Both the position numbers and the translations under genes were made by a program. A stretch of 47,718 bases of DNA from a virus. This document shows positions 37,138 to 45,653 of this stretch, in pieces. Each line of letters opens with the position of its first letter. Position 1 is the first letter of the stretch. Location of the stretch: UHGV virus genome UHGV-0289063; one strand, written 5' to 3'. Below the pieces are notes generated by a model, which had not been told where the DNA came from, did no database searches, and saw only the letters and a list, made by a program, of their open reading frames with translations.

Positions 37138-37163
37138 AGCCCCGCATTGCGGGGTTTTTTATT
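37138..37163 (+). terminator. Intrinsic terminator of the cI operon
   Basis: GCCCCGCATTGCGGGG followed by TTTTTTATT. Confidence 0.8.
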
Positions 37164-37210
37164 GCCAGAAATCCCCCCCGCCACATTTTTTACAAAAATA
37201 AATTCATTTA

Positions 37211-37287
37211 GTTATCAGTGCATTATAACTTATGTGATGATAATTATAAATTAGGTTATTGCCATCACTCATAACTAAGGTTATCTT
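37211..37287. promoter_or_regulatory. OL/PL-like region with operator sites and a candidate plus-strand promoter
   Basis: ATAACTAAGGTTAT (37271-37284, perfect consensus) and ATAACTTATGTGAT (37225-37238). -35 TTGCCA (37259-37264), 17-nt spacer, -10 TATCTT (37282-37287). Confidence 0.55.
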
Positions 37288-37485
37288 TAATCCATCGAAA
37301 CGAAACATCGACAGCTGAGCGAAGTTAGCCAGCGGCGAAGTGGAGATTCGGTCAGTCGAACGGCGCGACAGTAAACCATGCGTCGGACCATAGGCGGGCT
37401 CAGGAAGAGCGGCAATTATGGCAAAGCGATTTACCAGCAGCTCTTTGCGAGGGGCTGACGGTAAACAAACAGAGGGGTGGAAATC

Positions 37486-37674
37486 ATGCTTGGGTGTGAA
37501 AAGTGTGACCACGGATTCGTGTTCACCAGATGCTGTTCTGGTCTTGCTGAAATGTGTGGATGCGGCGGAATGCCGGTTCAGGCCACTAATTGCAAGCACT
37601 GCAATCCAGAGAACAAAGAACCAGATGACGCGGAGACTGAATCACTACTCCAGTATGTCGAATGGGTAGATTAA
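37486..37674 (+). CDS. Cys-rich small protein, first gene of the early-left operon (putative Zn-binding)
   Basis: CxxC...CC...CxC...CxxC pattern; RBS GAGGGG. Confidence 0.45.
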   Translation: MLGCEKCDHGFVFTRCCSGLAEMCGCGGMPVQATNCKHCNPENKEPDDAETESLLQYVEWVD

Positions 37675-37719
37675 GCAGCATTTCTCCCGCATCAGCGGAT
37701 AACGACAGAGGGTAAGACG

Positions 37720-37962
37720 ATGGGATGGGGTGGAATTACAACAACGCGGTTCGATGAGGTCTCAACTTTTGCTGAGAAATCCGGAAAGTGTGATGTATGC
37801 GGTAAAGCATGCAAAAGACGGGAAAAGTTTTATCAAACGCTAAATCCATTCAATAAAAACCCGGATGGCTCCGTAAAAACGCATCAGGAAATCAGGAAGG
37901 AAATTGAGCTTAAGGCCATTGAGTGGAAATTAAAACCAGTCAGACATGCAAAGTGCGAATGA
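37720..37962 (+). CDS. Small basic Zn-ribbon protein
   Basis: CDVCGKAC motif; followed by a terminator. Confidence 0.45.
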   Translation: MGWGGITTTRFDEVSTFAEKSGKCDVCGKACKRREKFYQTLNPFNKNPDGSVKTHQEIRKEIELKAIEWKLKPVRHAKCE

Positions 37963-37984
37963 CCCGCTCCGGCGGGTTTTTTAT
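37963..37984 (+). terminator. Intrinsic terminator after the second early-left gene
   Basis: CCCGC-TCCG-GCGGG followed by TTTTTTAT. Confidence 0.7.
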
Positions 37985-38123
37985 CGGCCATACATAGGCA
38001 GATTTTCGAGTCTGCCCATTTATGACAACCGGCGGCCATCCGCCGCCCATTGAAACACTGAATAAATGCGTTGAAGTCTTGTATTAACCGTTCCGTTCGC
38101 CGCGATAAGGCCAAGAGGAAATC

Positions 38124-38252
38124 ATGGTAAACCAGCAGCAGATCAGAGAGGCCCAACGGCTCGCGTCGTTCGCGGTACTCCATCGCAATGCGCCGGCGTG
38201 GGAAGAAGCAAAACGCCTTTACGCCGTCGCCATCGGGAGGACTCTTCACTGA
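38124..38252 (+). CDS. 42-aa hypothetical protein, below the ORF-track threshold
   Basis: RBS AAGAGGAAATC-ATG; its TGA overlaps the ATG of the next gene (cacTGATGg). Confidence 0.4.
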   Translation: MVNQQQIREAQRLASFAVLHRNAPAWEEAKRLYAVAIGRTLH

Positions 38253-38449
38253 TGGAAACTTTATTCGCACTCGTCCTGACCGTGGCAATGACCAACGGTG
38301 ATTATCAGGATGTCATTCTCGGCGTTTACGACAGCCAGCAGGAATGCAGTCAGGCAGCTACAGAGCAGAGAGTGTCAGCTGAGTGCTGGCCGGTAGAAAG
38401 CATTCTCCGCAACGGCGAGTTCCCGGCGAAATCCATCGCGCAGCAGTAA
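38252..38449 (+). CDS. 65-aa hypothetical protein (METLFALVLTVAMT...)
   Basis: Coupled to the preceding small ORF. Confidence 0.4.
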   Translation: METLFALVLTVAMTNGDYQDVILGVYDSQQECSQAATEQRVSAECWPVESILRNGEFPAKSIAQQ

Positions 38450-38519
38450 CCACCCTATTCAACCGATCGGCCTGGCATTACGCGGGCGGGATCTGCACAT
38501 CCAAATTTCAGGAGAAACC

Positions 38520-39488
38520 ATGAGCGAAGTAACGGACTTAACTGTCATCGAAATCAAGCCGGAACAGGCCCCAGTGCTTTACGTAGCGGGCGGCCTTGAC
38601 GCGTACCTTGAGCAAATCCGCCAGGCTGTAAACGAAGTGCCGGACCTGTCCACGAAGAAAGGCCGTGACCGTGTTGCCTCTCTGGCAGCGCAGGTGTCCC
38701 GCAGCAAGACGGCAATCGAAAAGCCGGGCCGTGAGTACCTGAAGCGCCTGAAAGAGGCTGTGCGTCCGGCTGAGGCCGAAATTAAGCGATTCGTTGATGC
38801 CTGCGACGAGCTGCGCGATGCGACCCGCCGCCCACTCACCGAATGGGAAGCCGAGCAGGAACGCATTAAGGCTGAAGAAGCCATGAACGCGATGCACGCC
38901 GAAGCGCTGGAAATGAACATCAAGTTCGATCAGGAGCTGGCGGCCAAGTTCGAAGCAGACCACGAAATGGCTCTACTGATGAATAAGGATTTCGATCGTG
39001 ACCGCGAAGAGCAGCGCCGCCTGGCGGAACAGGCTCAGCGTGATCACGAAGAACGCATTAAGCGCGAAGCAGCAGAACAAGCCCGCCGCGATGCCGAAGC
39101 GAAGCACAAAGCGGAGATTGAAGCCGCAGCGCGCCGTGAAGCCGAAGAGAAAGCCCGTGCTGAACTGGCGGAACGCCAGCGCATTGAAGCGGAACAGCGT
39201 GCGGAACGCGAGAAGAAGGAAACCGAAGAGCGTGCGCGCCGCGAAAAAGAAGAAGCCGTTGCCGCCGAGCGCCGCCGCCAGGAAGAGGCAGAAGCCGCCC
39301 GTTTGGTCGAAGAGCAGCGCAAAGCTGAAGAAGAAGCGCGCCGAGCCGCAGACAAAGAGCACCGCCGAACCGTCAATCGTCGTGTCTACGCAGATCTGGT
39401 TGCTCAGGGCATCCCAGAAGAATACGCACAGAAAGCAGTGCTGGCGATCGCTGGCGGCAAAGTGCAGGACGCGCACATCAAATATTGA
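38520..39488 (+). CDS. Hypothetical protein with a globular N-terminal domain and a long E/R/A-rich charged coiled-coil
   Basis: ORF; low-complexity ERKAEE-type repeats. Confidence 0.5.
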   Translation: MSEVTDLTVIEIKPEQAPVLYVAGGLDAYLEQIRQAVNEVPDLSTKKGRDRVASLAAQVSRSKTAIEKPGREYLKRLKEAVRPAEAEIKRFVDACDELRDATRRPLTEWEAEQERIKAEEAMNAMHAEALEMNIKFDQELAAKFEADHEMALLMNKDFDRDREEQRRLAEQAQRDHEERIKREAAEQARRDAEAKHKAEIEAAARREAEEKARAELAERQRIEAEQRAEREKKETEERARREKEEAVAAERRRQEEAEAARLVEEQRKAEEEARRAADKEHRRTVNRRVYADLVAQGIPEEYAQKAVLAIAGGKVQDAHIKY

Positions 39489-39495
39489 GGCAAAC

Positions 39496-39780
39496 ATGAA
39501 CGCATACCTCACTTACGACCGCATCGAAGATCGGCGCTGGGTTGAGCAGCAGCTCGCCGACGAGAAGGAGAAGTGGATCGGCGACCGGGCGCAGCAAATT
39601 ATCGACATGATGCCAAAAGAGCCGTCCGGCCTCTTCCACTTCACGGTCCCGATCGACACCAGCCCATACGAAGGACTTCGCAGCGATAAAGCTGGCGAGG
39701 TCTACAACGATTTCATTTCGGCAGTTGCTTACGCCCAGGCGGAATACGACTGGGAACACCGTACCGGCTGCCCGTTTTAA
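39496..39780 (+). CDS. Hypothetical protein (94 aa)
   Basis: Internal ATG with RBS TGAGG, just after the stop of the previous gene. The ORF-track N-terminal extension overlaps the upstream gene. Confidence 0.4.
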   Translation: MNAYLTYDRIEDRRWVEQQLADEKEKWIGDRAQQIIDMMPKEPSGLFHFTVPIDTSPYEGLRSDKAGEVYNDFISAVAYAQAEYDWEHRTGCPF

Positions 39781-39782
39781 GG

Positions 39783-40295
39783 ATGCATGAAATGTCTGAA
39801 ACTAAAACTCACTACCGAAAAGCTTTTGACTCCCCTTACCTGAGCAGCGCCGATATCGTTGAGCCAACGGTGCTGACGATCGCCCGGGCAACGTTAGAAA
39901 ACGACAAAACAAAAAAATCCAAAGACGTTTTTAACACCGCTTATTTTGAAGAGCGCGAGCTGCGCCCTGGCGAAAAGCTTAAGCCGATGATTTTGAATGC
40001 AACCAATAGCAAGATGCTGAAAAGCATCACCGGATCCCCCTTCCTTGAGGATTGGGTAGGCGTGAAGGTCACTGTTTACGTCGATAAAAATGTCCGGTTC
40101 GGAAAGGAATCGGTTGAAGGCCTCCGCTTAAGCCCGGCACGCGTTACAAAGCCGGTGCTTTCACCGGAAAAAACGCAGGCATGGAATAACGCTAAGGCCG
40201 CCTTCAAGCGCGATGGCAACCTTGATGCAGTGCTGGCGAGAATGGACATTTCTCCAGAACATCGCCGCCAGCTTGAGCAGGAGTGTTCATCATGA
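39783..40295 (+). CDS. Hypothetical protein upstream of the exonuclease; possible ssDNA-binding/annealing partner (start at 39783 or 39792)
   Basis: Position; no verified motif. Confidence 0.35.
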   Translation: MHEMSETKTHYRKAFDSPYLSSADIVEPTVLTIARATLENDKTKKSKDVFNTAYFEERELRPGEKLKPMILNATNSKMLKSITGSPFLEDWVGVKVTVYVDKNVRFGKESVEGLRLSPARVTKPVLSPEKTQAWNNAKAAFKRDGNLDAVLARMDISPEHRRQLEQECSS

Positions 40296-40915
40296 TCTGG
40301 CACGACGTCGAGCAAAACGGTGAAGAGTGGGATGCTCTTCGCCTGGGTAAGGCAACCGCTTCAAACTTCGGCCTGATCATGGCTAACGATGGGAAGGCTT
40401 TTGGCGAACCAGCCAAGCGTTACGCCCTACAGTTGGCTCTGGAGCAGATTAAGGGATGCAAGTCTGAGTTCGGCTTCTCAAACGAACACATGGAACGCGG
40501 GCACGAACAGGAGCCAATTGCCCGCATGCTGTACGAAGAGATGAACTTTGTCGACGTGGATAACGGCGGGTTCTTTGATCACGAAACATACGGAGACAGC
40601 CCCGACGGCCTCGTTGGCCAGGACGGGCTCGTTGAGATTAAGTCGGTCATTGCCGCCACTCACTACACCACCCTCACCCGCGGATCCTTCGATCCTGCAT
40701 ACAGATGGCAACTTGTCGGTCACCTTGATTGCTCTGGCAGAGATTGGGTGGACTTCATCAGCTACTGCTCAGACTTCCCGGACGGTAAGCAGCTCATCGT
40801 CTATCGCCTTACAGCCGCCGAATGTGAATCAGAAATAGCCCGGCTGCAAGCGCGCAGAAAAGACTTCCTCGAACTTGTTGCGGACACGAAGCGCCGCATT
40901 CTGGAGCTCGAATGA
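40292..40915 (+). CDS. YqaJ-type viral recombinase exonuclease (lambda Exo-like PD-(D/E)XK fold)
   Basis: N-terminal MIWHDVEQNGEEWDALRLGKATASNFGLIM is the typical YqaJ signature. ATGA overlap with the upstream gene. Confidence 0.7.
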   Translation: MIWHDVEQNGEEWDALRLGKATASNFGLIMANDGKAFGEPAKRYALQLALEQIKGCKSEFGFSNEHMERGHEQEPIARMLYEEMNFVDVDNGGFFDHETYGDSPDGLVGQDGLVEIKSVIAATHYTTLTRGSFDPAYRWQLVGHLDCSGRDWVDFISYCSDFPDGKQLIVYRLTAAECESEIARLQARRKDFLELVADTKRRILELE

Positions 40916-41340
40916 AACGCACACCCTTCTACCGCAGGCCCGGGCGAACCGGGCAATTCTCCGGTCTGCGTGAGCGCGTTATCTGGATGATTCAGACGCG
41001 CGGCCGCCCGGTAACCGGCAGCGAAATCGCCGAGAAGTTCGGCGTAACGCTCATCGAGTTCAACCGGGTCGCCAACGGCATTACCCGCGGCTCAGGACAG
41101 ATAGCGAAGATCGTTGAGTCGGTAAAGTGGATCAACGAGGACGGCATCTGCGACCGCACTTTCGACCTCGTCAAGAAGCCGAAGGTTGTAACGCCACAGG
41201 GTAAATCGCGGCTGTTCACCCGGCGCGCCATTGAGCAATCGCAGGAAGGTAGGCGGCAGGAGTGCATAGCGCGTGCCGCCCGCCGTAGCCGCCTGATTGC
41301 TCAGGGCCTCTACATCGACGAAATGGAGTCCATCCTATGA
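40912..41340 (+). CDS. Hypothetical basic protein
   Basis: ORF; 4-nt overlaps at both ends. Confidence 0.4.
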   Translation: MKRTPFYRRPGRTGQFSGLRERVIWMIQTRGRPVTGSEIAEKFGVTLIEFNRVANGITRGSGQIAKIVESVKWINEDGICDRTFDLVKKPKVVTPQGKSRLFTRRAIEQSQEGRRQECIARAARRSRLIAQGLYIDEMESIL

Positions 41341-41489
41341 CTCACGCTCACGACGACATCAGGGTAGGCACACTATGCCTTCCCTTTATTGGTAACGGCT
41401 GGCTAATGCCATGGGGTGAAGTGGTCAGTAATCCATTAAAGGCGCAGCGGCTCGCTGAGGAATATCGGGAAAGGCAGGAGGCGGCATGA
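41337..41489 (+). CDS. 49-aa hypothetical protein, below the ORF-track threshold
   Basis: ATGA overlaps with both flanking genes. Confidence 0.4.
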   Translation: MTHAHDDIRVGTLCLPFIGNGWLMPWGEVVSNPLKAQRLAEEYRERQEAA

Positions 41490-42238
41490 TTCATTTTCAC
41501 GGCGGCCCTATTACGCCGGACACATGCGCCCTGAAGGCATGGAAAGGCAGGCACGCTTTCATTTCCTTCGCCAACCCCGGCCAATTAGCCCTGGCCAGCG
41601 AAGTCACCCAGTCTTTCGCGCTGGATAACGGCGCATTCAGTTTCTGGACGAAAAAGCGCGTTGTTAACTGGAATGACTACTACGCGTTTGTAGGACGATG
41701 GATGAATCACCCTCGCTTTGCTTTTGCTGTTATCCCTGACGTGATCGGCGGGACAAGTGAAGAGAATGACGCATTAATCACGGAATGGCCGCACGGCAAA
41801 GTAGTAGGCGCGCCTGTTTATCATTTCAACGAACCAGAATCTCGCTTCATTCGTTTGTGTCATGAATTCCCGCGAGTATGCATCGGATCAATGGGCGAAT
41901 ATGACGCTAAAAGACCAAAAGACTGCGCCGCAAAATTGCGCGACATGATTCGCCATGTCGTTGATGAAAATGGATATCCAATAACGAAATTGCATGGACT
42001 GCGCATGCTGAATAAGGACCTCTTTATGGAGGTGCCGCTTTCGTCAGCTGACAGCACCAACGTTGCAAGGAATATCGGCATTAACAAGGCATGGGATAAA
42101 TCAGCCTATGCGCCGGCAAGCAAAGAAACCCGCGCCGCTGTGCTAGTAGAGCGAATAGAAGCATATAACTCTGCATGTTCGCTCAACTATGACGAAGCCC
42201 GCGACATATTCATGCCACAACTGGCTTTTGAGGTGTAA
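41486..42238 (+). CDS. Protein resembling the TGT/DpdA fold (putative 7-deazaguanine DNA transglycosylase lacking the Zn subdomain)
   Basis: Motifs resembling queuine tRNA-ribosyltransferase: HAFISFANPGQL (compare ADIILGNTYHL) and FALDNGAFSFW (compare ILTDSGGYQV, which holds the nucleophilic Asp), plus a Gly-rich CIGSMGE segment. Adjacent to the DNA methyltransferase. Confidence 0.4.
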   Translation: MIHFHGGPITPDTCALKAWKGRHAFISFANPGQLALASEVTQSFALDNGAFSFWTKKRVVNWNDYYAFVGRWMNHPRFAFAVIPDVIGGTSEENDALITEWPHGKVVGAPVYHFNEPESRFIRLCHEFPRVCIGSMGEYDAKRPKDCAAKLRDMIRHVVDENGYPITKLHGLRMLNKDLFMEVPLSSADSTNVARNIGINKAWDKSAYAPASKETRAAVLVERIEAYNSACSLNYDEARDIFMPQLAFEV

Positions 42239-42242
42239 TTTC

Positions 42243-42770
42243 ATGACCGGAAAATATGTCAGCGAGCTTGAGTTGGGGAAGTGCGGAGAATATTACGCAA
42301 TTTTTAAGCTGGCCAAGCAGGGTTTTGTTTGTTTCCCATCAGACCAGGGATTGCCATACGACATTGTGGTTGAGGCCAACGGCAGGCTCCTTAAGGGACA
42401 GGTTCGCTCGACGCTGAAAATGCGCGATTACGGCAAATCAAAAAGTGTTTACCGGTTCGGAACGAGAACGGGGAAAGGTTATGGCCGCGCAGTATCACTT
42501 AGTACATGTGACTTCTACGCCTTCGTTGTCATCGATGAAGAGAAGATAGCCTTCATGTCTACGGATGAACTGGCCAGCACAAAAAACCCAGGAACGCTTA
42601 TCCAGACGATGGAGTTTAGATCTTCTAGCGGTATTTACCCGGGGAGGATTTATTCAAACGGCACGCAAAGGATGCTTGATTATTCACGGAATATTGAGAG
42701 CTATGAAGATTTCAACCGCGTCGTTTCTCTAATTGGAGGAAGAAGATGCCGAATCAAAAATACAGCTTAA
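42243..42770 (+). CDS. Hypothetical protein with a nuclease-like (Hjc / PD-(D/E)XK-like) N-terminal arrangement
   Basis: GEYYAIFKLAKQGF...PYDIVVEANGRLLKGQVRS arrangement resembles E...D...(E/Q)xK nuclease cores. AT-rich. RBS GAGGTG. Confidence 0.35.
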   Translation: MTGKYVSELELGKCGEYYAIFKLAKQGFVCFPSDQGLPYDIVVEANGRLLKGQVRSTLKMRDYGKSKSVYRFGTRTGKGYGRAVSLSTCDFYAFVVIDEEKIAFMSTDELASTKNPGTLIQTMEFRSSSGIYPGRIYSNGTQRMLDYSRNIESYEDFNRVVSLIGGRRCRIKNTA

Positions 42771-43408
42771 TAATGGCTGACCCGCCCTGGTCTTACGGCA
42801 ACACCATCAGCAATGGGGCTGCCGCCGATCACTACTCCACCATGAGGTTAATCGACATCAAGCGCCTTCCAGTGTGGGAACTCGCCGCCGAAAACGCGGT
42901 GCTGGCGATGTGGTACACCGGCACGCATAACCAGGAGGCTATCGAACTGGCCGAGGCCTGGGGATTTACCGTTCGCACGATGAAGGGCTTTACCTGGGTG
43001 AAGCTGAATCAGAACGCCGAGCTGCGCATCAACAAGGCGCTGGCCGAGGGTGAAATCACCGACTTTTACGACTTCCTAGATCTGCTTAACGCCGAGACGC
43101 GCATGAACGGCGGCAACCACACCCGGGCCAATACCGAAGATCTGCTGATTGCTACCCGCGGCGCCGGGCTGGAACGAAAGCACGCCGGGATTAAGCAGGC
43201 GGTCTACAGCCCGCTCGGCGCGCATAGCGAAAAGCCGTGGGAAGTGCGTCATCGGCTGGAGTTGCTGTACGGCGATGTGCCACGCATTGAGTTATTCAGC
43301 CGCTGCGCGGCGCCGGGCTGGGATCACTGGGGAAATCAGTGCGACACCGCCGCGGTAGAACTGCTGCCCGGCTGCGCCATCCAAGTTGTGAGAACGGAGG
43401 CCGCATGA
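42746..43408 (+). CDS. N6-adenine DNA methyltransferase, MT-A70 family (phage Dam-like)
   Basis: IMADPPWSY (DPPW motif IV). RBS GGAGGAAG. Confidence 0.85.
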   Translation: MPNQKYSLIMADPPWSYGNTISNGAAADHYSTMRLIDIKRLPVWELAAENAVLAMWYTGTHNQEAIELAEAWGFTVRTMKGFTWVKLNQNAELRINKALAEGEITDFYDFLDLLNAETRMNGGNHTRANTEDLLIATRGAGLERKHAGIKQAVYSPLGAHSEKPWEVRHRLELLYGDVPRIELFSRCAAPGWDHWGNQCDTAAVELLPGCAIQVVRTEAA

Positions 43409-43623
43409 CGCCAGCAAATGAAAACGCCATCCGCGCCGCCTGCCGCCGCTGCACCGAGGAAATCCAGCAGGCCATGCGCAAGAAGCCAAAGCCTAACTGG
43501 AACGAAACGGTGCCACCCATCATCAACAAGCATCACAAGAAAATTGAAGCTCTTGGAGTTAGCCTTCTGGAGTTCGTCGTCAAAACTGGCCGCCTTAACG
43601 GGCGATTTGGAGCCGAACAATGA
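43405..43623 (+). CDS. Hypothetical protein (72 aa)
   Basis: ATGA overlap with the methylase gene stop. Confidence 0.4.
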   Translation: MTPANENAIRAACRRCTEEIQQAMRKKPKPNWNETVPPIINKHHKKIEALGVSLLEFVVKTGRLNGRFGAEQ

Positions 43624-44486
43624 CAACAAAAAAATGGGGTCATAACGAGCTTGCTCATGACCTTGCAGAGCATTTGCGCCAGAACACAGCGCGCATCTGC
43701 TGGGAGGACATGCAGCTAGGGCCCGCCGGTACGTGTCGACCGGATGTCTACTCTATTGCTCACAGCTACAGCAAATTCTGCCCTGTCGTCTATGAGGTAA
43801 AAGTAAGCGTAAGTGATTTCCGTGCTGACGTTACAGCAGGCAAATACACCAAATACTTCAACTACGCAGGCGGCGTTGTTTTTGCTGTTCCTGAAGGCAT
43901 GCTCAAGAAAAGCGACATTCCAGATGGTTGTGGCTTGATGATCCGGAAGGAATCTGGATGGCATACCCTCAAGGGGCCGACCATGCGCCAGATTGATACC
44001 CTTCCTCGCGATGCCTGGATGAAGCTGCTTATGGACGGCATGACCCGGCAGGCAGAGAGAACCCAAATAAAAAGCCGCGTAATCAACACCTACCTCAGCG
44101 ACCAAAAACTAATGAAGCGACATGGCAACGAAATCGCCGATCTTGTTTGCCGAGCACATCGATCAAAGGAGCGCCTTGAGCAGCACATTAGGGATAACGA
44201 TGAAAGGCTGAAGAACCTGCGCCAGGAAAGTGAAGAGGAGTTGCAACGCCGACGTAAGCGCCGGGAGGAATCTGAGGAAAGGTTAACCGACGCTCAGCAA
44301 GATCTGGCGAAAGCGCTTGGCCTCGACCCGAATGTCCCTATGTATGTTCTTACAAGGACGCTATGGGAAGCAACGCGCCGACTCACCGAGGATGAAGAGA
44401 TTAAGAGGTTGCGAGGAATATTGTCCAACCTTGAGCGCACGTTGAATGACGGTCTGAAACCATTACCCGGGGAGAAAGCCGCATGA
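43620..44486 (+). CDS. PD-(D/E)XK nuclease-like N-terminal domain protein with a C-terminal coiled-coil
   Basis: H..E...CRPDVYSI...VVYEVKVS motif arrangement (PD...EVK). Charged coiled-coil C-terminal half. Confidence 0.4.
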   Translation: MTTKKWGHNELAHDLAEHLRQNTARICWEDMQLGPAGTCRPDVYSIAHSYSKFCPVVYEVKVSVSDFRADVTAGKYTKYFNYAGGVVFAVPEGMLKKSDIPDGCGLMIRKESGWHTLKGPTMRQIDTLPRDAWMKLLMDGMTRQAERTQIKSRVINTYLSDQKLMKRHGNEIADLVCRAHRSKERLEQHIRDNDERLKNLRQESEEELQRRRKRREESEERLTDAQQDLAKALGLDPNVPMYVLTRTLWEATRRLTEDEEIKRLRGILSNLERTLNDGLKPLPGEKAA

Positions 44487-44674
44487 ACAGAGCCTCACCC
44501 GTTGATTTGAGGAAAAGCCTCGAAATAGCCAACCACCTGGCGCACATCGGGATTCGCTTTGTGCCGATCCCGGTGTCCACCGAAGAAGAATTCCAGACGC
44601 TGGCCGCCGAGCTATCGCGACGGCTTGAGCAGATGGCTGTCGAAGCCGAGAAGAATGAAGGCGGTGCAGCATGA
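44483..44674 (+). CDS. Hypothetical protein (63 aa)
   Basis: 4-nt overlap with the upstream gene. Confidence 0.4.
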   Translation: MNRASPVDLRKSLEIANHLAHIGIRFVPIPVSTEEEFQTLAAELSRRLEQMAVEAEKNEGGAA

Positions 44675-44688
44675 AGGCACTAATCACC

Positions 44689-44714
44689 AAGGAGCTTAAG
44701 GCTCCTTTTTTATT
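44689..44714 (+). terminator. Intrinsic terminator within the early-left operon
   Basis: AAGGAGC-TTAA-GGCTCCTT followed by TTTTTTATT. Confidence 0.7.
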
Positions 44715-44765
44715 GCTGGCGTTCACCTTCAACCGAATTAACCGACAGTTCCGGGAGCATTGACA

Positions 44766-44984
44766 ATGGCCGACATCATCGATACCGCAGCAGAGATTGA
44801 AGAGCTTCAGCGTAACGCTGCCCTTTCCGCCCACCGGATCAACCGTAACGCCGTATCAGCTGAGCGTTGTGAAGAATGCGACGAACCAATTCCCGAGCCG
44901 CGGCGCGCTGCCGTTCCCGGTTGCAAGACGTGCGCCAGTTGCCAGGGTGTTATCGAATTGAGGAATAAGCAGAGGGGGATGTGA
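44766..44984 (+). CDS. traR: TraR/DksA-family C4 zinc-finger protein
   Basis: CEECDEPIPEPRR...GCKTCASCQ. The ORF-track start at 44760 is a TTG; the ATG is at 44766. Confidence 0.65.
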   Translation: MADIIDTAAEIEELQRNAALSAHRINRNAVSAERCEECDEPIPEPRRAAVPGCKTCASCQGVIELRNKQRGM

Positions 44985-45361
44985 TGGATTACAGCAAGCT
45001 AGGCGATTTTGAGATAAACAAACTGGTCGGCGATGTCGTTTTCAAAGGACTATGGTCATGCAGGCCGGGCACTGCGGGAAATAAAAGTGACTCATGGTAT
45101 TACGGTAACGCGGATGCTTCGCTCAACCCGCTATCACCGCTTCCCGACTACTGCAACGATGCGGCTGCCGCATGGCCGATAATCACCGCAAATAAAATCA
45201 GCATTTACGCAATGAGCGACGCGGACAAAAGAGGCGGTTGGGGGGCCGAGGCTTTTCATCCCAACGATGCATATAGCTTTAACGATAACCCACTTCGTGC
45301 CGCAATGATTGTCTTCCTCATGATGCAGGAGTCAGCCAATGTTCAGGATAATACAGCCTAA
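44981..45361 (+). CDS. Hypothetical protein (DUF2591-like phage protein)
   Basis: ORF with a 4-nt overlap. Confidence 0.4.
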   Translation: MMDYSKLGDFEINKLVGDVVFKGLWSCRPGTAGNKSDSWYYGNADASLNPLSPLPDYCNDAAAAWPIITANKISIYAMSDADKRGGWGAEAFHPNDAYSFNDNPLRAAMIVFLMMQESANVQDNTA

Positions 45362-45653
45362 TACCTGGTACGCCGATCCCCACGGCACGCCCTGCAAAAT
45401 CCTCCGGGCTACCCACGAAGTCATCCACTACATCTGCAACGGTCGCACCTGCATTGCCAGCATGGGCAGCTTTCAGCACGAATTCGAGCCGCTGAAAAAA
45501 TTAGAGGCCGAGCGGATCGCCGAAGAAATCGAAACAGCAGCGCACATCGAAAAATTAAGGAGCATGAGACGTGATCGGAATACTCAAGCCGGTACCGGAA
45601 TCGCAGTGGCCGGTACGATGCCACGACCCCAAGCGGAGCAACGTGTGGGCTAA
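45339..45653 (+). CDS. Hypothetical protein
   Basis: ORF. Its 3' end overlaps the next ORF by 83 nt, so one of the two boundaries is uncertain. Confidence 0.35.
   Translation: MFRIIQPNTWYADPHGTPCKILRATHEVIHYICNGRTCIASMGSFQHEFEPLKKLEAERIAEEIETAAHIEKLRSMRRDRNTQAGTGIAVAGTMPRPQAEQRVG

Noticed and set aside
44671-44760. 29-aa ORF with ATGA coupling between 44483-44674 and traR
   Set aside because: Its body is the AAGGAGCTTAAGGCTCCTTTTTTTATT terminator hairpin, so a terminator is the more economical explanation.
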